Virus record (IMG/VR): IMGVR_UViG_3300020551_000013
Location: 1 to 32,628 of that record
Source: a virus
Lineage: Duplodnaviria > Caudoviricetes
Length of the DNA stretch: 32,628 nt
Direction: 5' to 3' (one strand)
Below, in pieces: positions 1 to 7,726 of the stretch. The notes under the pieces are model-generated. The model did no database searches and was not told the origin of the DNA. It was given only the letters and a program-made list of their open reading frames with translations. A program made the translations under genes and the position numbers. How positions within the stretch are numbered: position 1 is the stretch's first letter; each line of letters begins with the position of its first letter.

Positions 1-118
1 ATGCGCCTTAACCCCGAGTGGCTATCTCATGGCGTAGGGTTCCCGTATGGGGGTGGATAGTGCGATAAAGTGCCATAAATGCGCGTTTTCTGTCTGTATT
101 GCTCATTTCTTTAGTGCG

Positions 119-637
119 TTATGCACTACCCCCCGCCCTCTTATACAGCGAGACCATAGGCTCTAGCGTATCGGCCAATGCCTTGCGCTCAAACGGTTGC
201 CAAGTTTCAATCGGCCTTGTGCTGTCCAGCCCCCTGAAATGCTGTGCAATATGGCCCGCCCACTTGATCCAGCGTGTCCCATCCGCCTTTTGTCCTAAGC
301 TACTGCCTCCGATATCGGCTACTTCCTCGTCGCCTATGATGCCGATAAGCTTGAGCTGTCGACTATCCGCTTCGAGACATTCCCTGCGCTGTCTTACCTT
401 GTGGATTCCATGATACACATCGGCCTGTTCAGGCGCCAAGCCCGGAACGTGTTCACGTAGCCATTCGTGCAGCCTGCCGTGATACTGGTCTTTTGCCTTG
501 TCGATAAGCGTGCCTACGTCAGCGGCAGCATTTAGCGCCTTGTCGATGTTCTGGCGTGCCTCGGTGGCGATGGACAGCGCCTCCTGGTGCTTGATGGCAA
601 TCTCAGTGGCTAGGCTTGTGGATAGTTCTTGGTTCAT
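119..637 (-). CDS. DUF3102-like phage protein
   Basis: 172-aa ORF. Segment AADVGTLIDKAKDQYHGRLHEWLREHV..APEQADVY resembles the DUF3102 pattern (G..L..AK...HG.W..WL). ATG overlaps the stop of the upstream HTH gene. Confidence 0.55.
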   Translation of the reverse strand: MNQELSTSLATEIAIKHQEALSIATEARQNIDKALNAAADVGTLIDKAKDQYHGRLHEWLREHVPGLAPEQADVYHGIHKVRQRRECLEADSRQLKLIGIIGDEEVADIGGSSLGQKADGTRWIKWAGHIAQHFRGLDSTRPIETWQPFERKALADTLEPMVSLYKRAGGSA

Positions 638-960
638 AGATTGGCCTTCATGTATGGACTGGCGGGAAGCTGGTGTCTGCGGCAGAAATCGACCGCTCGA
701 TGCGAAATAAGCGCCCTTGTCGTGCCTAGCTTAGCTGCGATCTCTGACATCGAGCGCCCTGCTAGGTTGTTCGAGCCGATAGCGTATGCCACGCCAAACT
801 TTTCGGGGCAATCGGGCATTTCGTCGATTACAGCCGAAAGGATAGCCATCATTTTACGCGCTACTTCGATCTCCTCAGAGGGAAAACTATCCTCGTCCTC
901 GTAAGGATGCCGCCAGTGCGTATCGGCTAAATCTTGCTGCACGCTCGCTTTGTGCGGCAA
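634..960 (-). CDS. HTH DNA-binding protein (sigma70 region-4-like, possible late regulator); start uncertain (TTG 960 or GTG 942)
   Basis: C-terminal RSMSEIAAKLGTTRALISHR is a helix-turn-helix pattern. Lies at the end of the replication module. Confidence 0.55.
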   Translation of the reverse strand: MPHKASVQQDLADTHWRHPYEDEDSFPSEEIEVARKMMAILSAVIDEMPDCPEKFGVAYAIGSNNLAGRSMSEIAAKLGTTRALISHRAVDFCRRHQLPASPYMKANL

Positions 961-1082
961 ATCGCGCTATCTGTCAAACTTGAATATCCGGAGGACAGTC
1001 AGAATTGGCAATGGCGTCGGCGCGCGGGATTGCAAGCTTCAGACCGGTTGCGGTGGCGACGGGTGACACCTTGCCAAAAACC

Positions 1083-1345
1083 TGCGCGGAATCAAGCGGC
1101 AAATGGGAGGTAACAAAGTTACTGGCCGTAACAATCCCGTGTTGGAGGCTAACCCCTTGAAAATCATGGCGGGAGGCCCTACTTACTTACTCTACAACTA
1201 AAAATAGATTATTATTATTAGAGCCCTCTCCTATAGGGTCTCTCTCTCTAAATTTCTCTCTCTATTTATTAGCGTCTATTGCGCGGAAATTACCGTTACC
1301 TGTAACCCGTTAGAAATCAAAGGCAATGCCCGAACAAACAACAAC
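1083..1345. other. Putative phage replication origin
   Basis: Non-coding AT-rich core (about 1180-1280) with TC/TTA runs. Flanked by GTAAC/GTTAC pentamers (1110, 1118, 1128, 1295, 1302) and an imperfect direct repeat TAACCCCTTGAAAATCA (1150-1166) / TAACCCGTTAGAAATCA (1303-1319). Downstream of the primase-helicase and SSB genes. Confidence 0.55.
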
Positions 1346-1353
1346 GGTCCGCA

Positions 1354-1387
1354 AAAAAGCCCGACCCCGGTGAAGGGATCGGGCTGG
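1354..1387 (-). terminator. Rho-independent terminator, copy 1 of a 34-bp perfect direct repeat
   Basis: Minus strand reads CCAGCCCGATCCC-TTCACC-GGGGTCGGGCT-TTTTT, a hairpin plus U tract. Identical to 1636-1669. Confidence 0.8.
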
Positions 1388-1400
1388 CAATCGTGGAGGA

Positions 1401-1592
1401 TCACGACTTCACTGGGCGAACACCGAGGCGGTTTTCCATTTCGATCAGGTGAGCGTCAGTGATGATTTTCCTCGTCACCATCCCACGTTTCTCTTCGCCA
1501 AACAGCAGCTTCCCATCCCTCATCCACTGGTAGATAGATGGGCAAGAGACTCCATATCGCTGAGCTACTTCGATCACTTTGTAATTTTGCAT
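1401..1592 (-). CDS. Small excisionase/MerR-like HTH protein (63 aa)
   Basis: MQNYKVIEVAQRYGVSCPSIYQWMRDGKL matches the HTH_17/Xis-like pattern (EVA..YGVS..T.Y.W...GKL). Confidence 0.7.
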   Translation of the reverse strand: MQNYKVIEVAQRYGVSCPSIYQWMRDGKLLFGEEKRGMVTRKIITDAHLIEMENRLGVRPVKS

Positions 1593-1635
1593 AACGTGTG
1601 GAAGTTGGGGTAGTAGTAGCGGCTCGTCAAGCACG

Positions 1636-1669
1636 AAAAAGCCCGACCCCGGTGAAGGGATCGGGCTGG
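1636..1669 (-). terminator. Rho-independent terminator after ssb, copy 2 of the 34-bp repeat
   Basis: Same hairpin and U tract as 1354-1387, just after the SSB stop codon. Confidence 0.8.
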
Positions 1670-1686
1670 GAAATTTTGCGCCGAAA

Positions 1687-2025
1687 TCAGAACGGGATGT
1701 CGTCGCCGTCATCCGTGGTCGGCGCGGCTTGCTCCGGCGGAGGTGCCGCAGCTGCCCGCCCGACGGGCTTAAAGTTGCCGACAATCGGCCCCTTTTCACC
1801 GGCTTCCCGCCGCTCTTTAGTGAGGTTGACGGCGGCGAATCCGGTGTAGCCGTATTTGTCGGGTCCGTCTCGATTCGGAACCAGGGTCAGCTCCAAATAG
1901 CGGCCTTTCTCACTGACGTGGACGGCATTGGCTTGGAGCGGAATTGCGACGAACGCGGCGCCGTCCTTGGCCGTAAATAGGCGGGCTCCAGTGAGCTTCA
2001 GTAGGTCAATTTTCAGCGATCGCAT
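1687..2025 (-). CDS. Single-stranded DNA-binding protein (phage type)
   Basis: 112 aa with a beta-rich core, a Pro/Ala linker and the acidic C-terminal tip TTDDGDDIPF typical of SSBs. Confidence 0.7.
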   Translation of the reverse strand: MRSLKIDLLKLTGARLFTAKDGAAFVAIPLQANAVHVSEKGRYLELTLVPNRDGPDKYGYTGFAAVNLTKERREAGEKGPIVGNFKPVGRAAAAPPPEQAAPTTDDGDDIPF

Positions 2026-2044
2026 GGTGGTGTTTGGCAGTAAA

Positions 2045-2395
2045 TCAAACGAGAGACGCGGCGTCAACGTCGGCAAATTCACGGCCAACCGGTGCCGATC
2101 CGCAGCGGTCACGGCACTCGGCTGGGTCAGCGCATCCGCAGCGCGGGCATTCGCCTGGCGCTGGGCAGCGGGCTATAGCGTCGCGGATCGTCCGGTCGCT
2201 GCGAACGAATCCATCGGCAAGCGCGTCCTCGTGGACGCTTTGCGCATAGGCAAGTCGAATCGCATGGTTGCGGGCCGCGCAGGCTGCGTGGTCGTGACGA
2301 TGCGGATCGTGGACGGCGGAAGGCTTTAACCCGGCTGCTTTCGCGGCCTCACGGATAGACTCCCGAATAATAAAAGCGACTTGTGTGGTGGTCAT
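2045..2395 (-). CDS. Hypothetical protein with Cys-rich C-terminus (possible DnaA-C-like HTH plus Zn finger)
   Basis: MTTTQVAFII... preceded by an AC-rich leader. Contains ARNHAIRLA...RSDRTIRDAI and CPRCGC...CRDRCG. Confidence 0.5.
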   Translation of the reverse strand: MTTTQVAFIIRESIREAAKAAGLKPSAVHDPHRHDHAACAARNHAIRLAYAQSVHEDALADGFVRSDRTIRDAIARCPAPGECPRCGCADPAECRDRCGSAPVGREFADVDAASLV

Positions 2396-2464
2396 GGGGT
2401 TGGGAAAATTACCACTGTGCCGGGCTGCTCCCGACATGGGACCGGCATCAGCGGCGCTGGAAAA

Positions 2465-2674
2465 TCAGGGAAGCGGTGGTAATTCGATGCAGTGGCAAGC
2501 AATGCGGTCATCGTTCGAGTGTAAATCGGCAATTCGATACTTGTCGATCTCGCATTCAAACGTCAAGTCCGTGGCAATAATCCATTCACCTTTCCAGTTA
2601 ATGGTTTCCACATTTTCACCCTCCGCAAACGCGGTGATCATTGGCAGCATTTTTTTGGCGTGTTCTCTGGTCAT
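2465..2674 (-). CDS. Hypothetical phage protein (low GC)
   Basis: MTREHAKKMLPMITAFAEGENVE...W...YRI resembles common small phage proteins. A-rich leader CAACAATAAAAAC. Confidence 0.6.
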   Translation of the reverse strand: MTREHAKKMLPMITAFAEGENVETINWKGEWIIATDLTFECEIDKYRIADLHSNDDRIACHCIELPPLP

Positions 2675-2831
2675 GTTTTTATTGTTGAAAGGTTTCCGGG
2701 CTGTCGTGGGCAATCCGCCTCTAACGAGGTTGAAACGACTGGCAATGTGCCGCCCGGTTTCTCACTGGAGAAATCTTGCGCGTGTCCGTCGCGCCCCGGC
2801 GGCCCGCCGTGGTTAGCGGCGGGCGGGTGGG

Positions 2832-3062
2832 TTAGGCGATCCATTCGCTCCAGGCAGCTTGAAACGCTTTACTGCCATTAATAAACAGCGGGCGGTTTTC
2901 GCGGACTAATGAATGGGGCATTGCGTGGCGAGCCATTGTAAGCTCGCCCTTGGAAATCGTCCCGTCCTCCACCTTGCGGCGAATTGACGGTGCCATCATG
3001 TCGGCCATTGGGAATTCGGTGGCGAGCTGATCCATTTTTGCGAGGTACTCAGTGTTGGTCAT
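2832..3062 (-). CDS. Hypothetical early protein, first gene after conserved promoter P1
   Basis: MTNTEYLAKM..., 76 aa, directly downstream of the repeated promoter/leader motif. Confidence 0.6.
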   Translation of the reverse strand: MTNTEYLAKMDQLATEFPMADMMAPSIRRKVEDGTISKGELTMARHAMPHSLVRENRPLFINGSKAFQAAWSEWIA

Positions 3063-3114
3063 GGTCGGTGTTGGTTGACGGCGCAAACCTACCCAGCTGT
3101 TGCATTTGTGCAAC
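3063..3114 (-). promoter_or_regulatory. Conserved early promoter P1 (TTGCAC-N16-TAGGTT) with palindromic operator-like site
   Basis: -35 at 3108-3113 and -10 at 3086-3091, followed by CGTCAACCAACACC. Palindrome GTTGCA-N4-TGCAAC at 3099-3114. Confidence 0.65.
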
Positions 3115-3131
3115 GCAATTCTGAAATTATT

Positions 3132-5777
3132 TCAAAACGGCACGCTCACGGCCCGCTGGCGGATGTTGAGGCCGAAATTTAGCACCTCGTGCTTTTCGTG
3201 CCCGGGCACCCGCTCAAGCTGCTGCCTCCACTTCGCGCCGGCCCATGGCGTGTCGGCAAAGATCCGCTCCAGGGCTGGATGGCGGTTGGCGATGCTGGCC
3301 CGCCCGTCCTTGATCAAGATGCCATGCCTGCGGAGAGCCTCGCGGGTCTGGTTCCGCTCGCCGAGCTGCTGCTCGGTGGCGTAGTTGTCCGACAGGCTGG
3401 CGATGGCCACTGACTCGGATACCGATCGAGTCACCGGGCGATCATGAATCTCGTAGCGGATCGATGCGGCGAACAGGTGCGAGAGGCACTGGTTTTCGTC
3501 GTTGTCGATCTCCTCGGCTTTGAAGCCGGTCCAGTCCTGTTTAGCCATCCACTCCTTGGCAAACTGCTCAGTGGCCATCCGCGTCGAGGTCAAGGAGAAC
3601 GCGCCGGCCAGGAGGGTGCCAAGTTGGTCGGCGGATCGTTTGTCGCCAGTGAATTCAACGGCGACGCAGGAAAACGTCTCGGCATTTGCCCGCAGCGTCT
3701 TGGCGTTGGCGAGGGACCGGGCCCGGATCTGGTCAGCAAATCCCTTCCGCTGCACCGTGTCGAGCCACAGCGCCTTGACGATCTCGAAATGCTCCTGGGA
3801 GCCGGGGCCGTTGTTTTTGCGGAGCTGTAGGACGGTAATGCGTGATACGTCAGCCTTTTTCACGGCGGCGACACCGATGGAAGCAAAGAGGAAACAGGAG
3901 CGAACCATATAGTCGATCGCTCCGCCGCCGGCGCTGCCCTTGGTGATCCGGGCCTTGCTCTCGCTGGACGCTTGACGGGCGAGTTCAAGGACGCCTTCGA
4001 GCCGCTGCTGGCCCCGTTTGTCTTCGCTCTCTGCTTCGTCGAAGACTACCGGCAAAGCGTCGGAGCCGATCTTTTGTCTCAGTCCAGCCTCAGTGGTCGC
4101 TCCCTGCACGTGGATCGCGGAGTCGCCGACGATGGGGGAGATGATGTTGGCCACGCTCCAGCTCTTCCCGGACCCGGACGGCCCGGTCAGCCACAAGTGC
4201 GGCCTCCAAACCAGCGCGCCGCAAATCGGAGCAATGGCGAGCCAACCGGCGAGCAACTTGCCGTATAGCGGCCGTTCCCAGCTTAACATTTCGCAGAGTT
4301 CGATCAGGCGGGAGGCGGCCAGGTTGTCAGCACCTTTCCCAGAGTCCACCGGGATCTCGAGCGCGCCTTCGTAGATCGCCCGGGCCGACGAGGAGAACTG
4401 CGGGATTGGCTTCGCTTCGCCGTTGATGACAAGCCGGTCGCCGGCATGATAAACCACGTCGTCACCGTCGATCCAGCATCCCCGACCGCGAATCCGTTGC
4501 GGGTCGAATTTCGGGAGGGACTGGCTGCGCTGGATGAGTGCGTTGACTGCCTGGTCCCAGCCCTTGCCTGTTAGATCAGATCCACCGGCATATCCAGCTT
4601 CCCACGCGTTTAGCACCGCCAGCCGCATAAGGTTGTTTTTGGTGTGGCTCGATGCCGTCAAGTTGACGACCTGCTGCCCACGGTCAGGCATGTAAAAAAA
4701 CGAGTCACCATCCACGCCAAGCAGGCGGAATGGCAGGTCTTCGATCCTGTCATCATGCCGAGGCTTGGACTGCGGCGGCGCCTGCACTGGTTGCCACGGC
4801 TCAACCTCGTCTTGCGTCGGCTCTTGCTCAGGCATCGGATCGGCCTGCGGCGTCATCGCCTCAATCAGTCGCGCACGGTCCCAGCCTTCGGCCACCGCGT
4901 CTGCCAAATCCCAGCCGTCATCCGGGCCGGTCGGAGGTGTGATGATGCGGACCTTTGCAGCAATCCCGGCCAGCGACTTCGAGATCGCTCGTGCGGCTTC
5001 GATGCCTGGTGCGTCTCGGTCCGGCCAGATGACGACCTTGCGACCGGCCAGCGGTGACCAGTCGGCATATTTGACGGCCTTGGATCCTCCCGGCCAAGTG
5101 ACGACGATGCCCGGGGAGATTGTGCGAGCGGCATCGGCAGACTTTTCGCCCTCCACGATCAGCACGCCGGCTTCGGGATTGGCTGCGAGCAGGTCGAGGC
5201 CGTAAAGGGGGCGCGGCTTGGCGAAGGATAGCCATCGCCATTGCTCGCGCCCGTCTGTGTGCCGCGCCCATGTCAGCGGCACCACCTGCTTCGAGCCGTC
5301 CGGTAGGTCGAAGCGGCAGACGGCACCGAACAGGTTGCCCGCAGCATTACGATATTCCCAAACGCCGGACGGTTGGCCGAATCGGTGGTGGTTGATGATT
5401 GCCGGCAGGCATGCGCCTTGCGGCGCGGTTGTCGGAGTCCACTCATCATTGGCAACCTTAGTCTTCGGCGAGGCTGTCACTCCTTGAGACTCGATGCCGG
5501 TGCGGAACCGCTCGCCGATCTCGATGGCGGCGTCCTTCATCGAGCAGGATCGGATCGCAGCGAGCAGGGAGATTGGGTCGGAGCCGCCAGCGTCGCTTGA
5601 GAAATCCTTCCAGACACCGCTGCGCGTGTTGATTGAGAGGGAACGGCCAGGCTCGCCAGAGAGGCCGCCGATCTTGAATTCATGGCCCTCGATGCGGCCA
5701 TGCGGAAACCACTCGTAGAGCACGGATTCGAGCGATGAGAGTGCGGCGGCGTTGATTGCCGCGAAGTCGATTTTCAT
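3132..5777 (-). CDS. DNA primase-helicase (TOPRIM plus C-terminal P-loop ATPase)
   Basis: 881 aa. N-terminal SLSIN..SGVWKDF..GSDPISL domain, TOPRIM motifs IVEGEK and WPDRDAPG, Walker A GPSGSGKS, Walker B VVFDEAE. Confidence 0.9.
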   Translation of the reverse strand: MKIDFAAINAAALSSLESVLYEWFPHGRIEGHEFKIGGLSGEPGRSLSINTRSGVWKDFSSDAGGSDPISLLAAIRSCSMKDAAIEIGERFRTGIESQGVTASPKTKVANDEWTPTTAPQGACLPAIINHHRFGQPSGVWEYRNAAGNLFGAVCRFDLPDGSKQVVPLTWARHTDGREQWRWLSFAKPRPLYGLDLLAANPEAGVLIVEGEKSADAARTISPGIVVTWPGGSKAVKYADWSPLAGRKVVIWPDRDAPGIEAARAISKSLAGIAAKVRIITPPTGPDDGWDLADAVAEGWDRARLIEAMTPQADPMPEQEPTQDEVEPWQPVQAPPQSKPRHDDRIEDLPFRLLGVDGDSFFYMPDRGQQVVNLTASSHTKNNLMRLAVLNAWEAGYAGGSDLTGKGWDQAVNALIQRSQSLPKFDPQRIRGRGCWIDGDDVVYHAGDRLVINGEAKPIPQFSSSARAIYEGALEIPVDSGKGADNLAASRLIELCEMLSWERPLYGKLLAGWLAIAPICGALVWRPHLWLTGPSGSGKSWSVANIISPIVGDSAIHVQGATTEAGLRQKIGSDALPVVFDEAESEDKRGQQRLEGVLELARQASSESKARITKGSAGGGAIDYMVRSCFLFASIGVAAVKKADVSRITVLQLRKNNGPGSQEHFEIVKALWLDTVQRKGFADQIRARSLANAKTLRANAETFSCVAVEFTGDKRSADQLGTLLAGAFSLTSTRMATEQFAKEWMAKQDWTGFKAEEIDNDENQCLSHLFAASIRYEIHDRPVTRSVSESVAIASLSDNYATEQQLGERNQTREALRRHGILIKDGRASIANRHPALERIFADTPWAGAKWRQQLERVPGHEKHEVLNFGLNIRQRAVSVPF

Positions 5778-5795
5778 GGTTGGTTGGTGGTGAGG

Positions 5796-6491
5796 CTAGA
5801 GCAGGCCGAGCTGTTGCGTCTCGCGCTTGATTCGCTCGCAGGCGGCGGCGTAGTAATCGGGGTCGATTTCCGTCGCGGTGAGATGCGCCCCGAAGTAGTG
5901 ACAAGCAATGGCGTGGGAACCGCTTCCGAGGTGCGTGTCGAGGATGCGCTGGCCGGGTTTGGCGTAGTTGGCGAGAAGCCAGTTGTAGAGTTTCACCGGC
6001 TTTTGGCAGACGTGGATTCTGTCCTCGTTTGGCCGCGTGATTGATACCGTCTTAGCATTCCGGTCAAAGCTCGTCCATGCTAGTTCACAGTTCGCCATCG
6101 TGTGCATGCCTTCCATATTCGGCTTGTGCCACACCACGAAGCCCCGCGTTGGCGGGAGGTGTTGCGAGTAGTAGTTCGCACCCCAGATGATCCAGTTTTT
6201 CGCCACGCGCTGGAGTTCTTGGAAGTATTCCGCCTCCGGCTTTACGTCCCATTTCGCCCCCTTGGCCTGATACTTCACCGGCCACGTTCCACCAGCCACC
6301 AGAGCGTCCCCGAGTCCGTAAGGCGGGTCCACAATCGCGAGGTCGAAGAACCCATCCGGGGTGTCCCGCATGAGGTCCATGCAGTCGCCGAGGCGTAGGT
6401 CGAGAGTCCCGTGTGGGGTTGAGGTGCCGGCGGAATCCGGCACAGTCGGCGAGTCTGGCGGCTGAAGCTGGAATGGTTGAACTTGGTGCAT
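5796..6491 (-). CDS. DNA N6-adenine/N4-cytosine methyltransferase (beta class, orphan)
   Basis: GDCMDLM, catalytic IVDPPY, HVCQKP and SAM-binding ILDTHLGSGS, in beta-class order. No adjacent endonuclease. Start uncertain. Confidence 0.9.
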   Translation of the reverse strand: MHQVQPFQLQPPDSPTVPDSAGTSTPHGTLDLRLGDCMDLMRDTPDGFFDLAIVDPPYGLGDALVAGGTWPVKYQAKGAKWDVKPEAEYFQELQRVAKNWIIWGANYYSQHLPPTRGFVVWHKPNMEGMHTMANCELAWTSFDRNAKTVSITRPNEDRIHVCQKPVKLYNWLLANYAKPGQRILDTHLGSGSHAIACHYFGAHLTATEIDPDYYAAACERIKRETQQLGLL

Positions 6492-6516
6492 GGGTGGTGC
6501 GTGCGGGATTGAGGCT

Positions 6517-6741
6517 CTAACTGGGCTTGCGCTGGCTGGCAAGCTCTCTCTGATTCAGGTTGTCGCCCTCATCCCATCCTGCCTCGTAGGCATACCAGCG
6601 GAGTGAGCGGGCCGGGTGAGCGTTGTCCCAGTGGCCACGGCGGGCGTCGTCGAATCCGGTTTTTAGGATCGGCTCCAGGGCCTTCCAATGCAGCGAGCGC
6701 TGGAGTTGTTCGAGGGTGGGCGGAATGGGTGGTTGCGGCAT
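6517..6741 (-). CDS. Small protein with ribosome-modulation-factor (Rmf)-like motif
   Basis: GFDDARRG...HP......YEAGWDEG parallels the RMF pattern GYQAGIAG...CPY.....WLGGWREA. Confidence 0.5.
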   Translation of the reverse strand: MPQPPIPPTLEQLQRSLHWKALEPILKTGFDDARRGHWDNAHPARSLRWYAYEAGWDEGDNLNQRELASQRKPS

Positions 6742-6743
6742 GA

Positions 6744-6989
6744 TCAGAGGTCAGGGCTGATCGGGTAGTAAATGTCGATGCCGCAGTGGCCATGCTTGTA
6801 GGCTTGTGACTGCATGTCCGCAATCAACTGCAATCCGGCCTTCCAAAATTTCACAGCAGATTTCCCTGCTTGCGAAGTTTTCCCGCAGGCGTTTGGGATG
6901 TCGCACCGGATCTTGAGTGCGATAGGATTCCGCAAAAATTCAGCGATTGCCTTGTGCTCTTCGAGCGTCATGTTTTGTTTTTTATTCAT
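6744..6989 (-). CDS. Hypothetical protein (lower GC)
   Basis: 81-aa ORF tightly packed between neighbours (MNKKQNMTLEEHKAIAEFLR...IYYP). Confidence 0.6.
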   Translation of the reverse strand: MNKKQNMTLEEHKAIAEFLRNPIALKIRCDIPNACGKTSQAGKSAVKFWKAGLQLIADMQSQAYKHGHCGIDIYYPISPDL

Positions 6990-6992
6990 TGG

Positions 6993-7340
6993 TCAGAGTG
7001 GTTTGATAATCCCCAGCGCATCGTCAACGGTCCGAGCCACCCCCGCAAGCCCGCCGTCGGCCCGGACCCGGGTGATGAAGTTGCGCTGGTGATCGGTGGC
7101 TTTGCCATGCTCGCCCTTGACCTCGATGGCGAGGAATACAGCGAGCTTCTGGCCAACCATGTCGGGTGTGACAATGATCGACCGCCAGCCGATCAGGTCG
7201 GAGCCGCCAGGGTTTGCGACGCCGTAGCGGATGAGGCGTCCCTCAGCGTCCTTCAATGCCCCGCAGTTGTTGCGGAACAGGCGGACGCCAGGCGTCGAGA
7301 GTCCGAGCATGATGGCCCGGAGTCGGTTCATTTCGGTCAT
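6993..7340 (-). CDS. VRR-NUC domain nuclease
   Basis: LFRNNCG, GGSDLIG, FLAIEVK, Q..F...V...GGLAGVAR match the PD-(D/E)XK VRR-NUC signature. Near the SF2 helicase. Confidence 0.9.
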   Translation of the reverse strand: MTEMNRLRAIMLGLSTPGVRLFRNNCGALKDAEGRLIRYGVANPGGSDLIGWRSIIVTPDMVGQKLAVFLAIEVKGEHGKATDHQRNFITRVRADGGLAGVARTVDDALGIIKPL

Positions 7341-7726
7341 TAGAAGAGGTCGGGCTGCGGGGTTGGCTGGGCGGGCGGGGCGTCTTCGGCCACCGGCGGG
7401 TTGGCGATCTGCTCGCAGACTTCCATCGCGTAGCCGCTGAGTTCGTGGATGAGTTCGGTGAGGGTCTGGCCTTCTTCGGGGGTGAGGTTTGCAATTTCAG
7501 AAGCAAGCTTTTCCATTCGTTTTGTCTTTGATGATACCCATACCCTGTATGAATCTCCGTTCATATTGTAAAATCTACATCTAAGTGAGGACCTTAGTCC
7601 TTCTTGTATCAGTCTTTCTTTCCTCTGTGCTTTAGAGTAATTCTCGATTTCTTGCCATTGTGATTCCAAATCAAGATGAATACCCAAGTCCTGCTTCGCC
7701 CTCCTCTCCTCCGGTGTCATGCTCAT
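7340..7726 (-). CDS. Hypothetical mosaic protein ending in QPDLF
   Basis: ATGA overlap with the helicase stop. AT-rich central segment, GC-rich C-terminus. Confidence 0.55.
   Translation of the reverse strand: MSMTPEERRAKQDLGIHLDLESQWQEIENYSKAQRKERLIQEGLRSSLRCRFYNMNGDSYRVWVSSKTKRMEKLASEIANLTPEEGQTLTELIHELSGYAMEVCEQIANPPVAEDAPPAQPTPQPDLF

Noticed and set aside
1-118. Possible 32-aa ORF (8-106, -) or packaging-site region
   Set aside because: Too short and at the window edge. No terminase gene is visible to support a cos/pac call.
1354-1669. 34-bp direct repeat as a CRISPR array or attL/attR
   Set aside because: Only two copies with 248 bp between them containing a gene. Each copy is a terminator hairpin, and there is no cas or integrase gene.
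5796-7340. Methyltransferase plus VRR-NUC as a restriction-modification pair
   Set aside because: Stand-alone phage VRR-NUC proteins are junction/flap nucleases usually linked to SF2 helicases, and the two genes are not adjacent.
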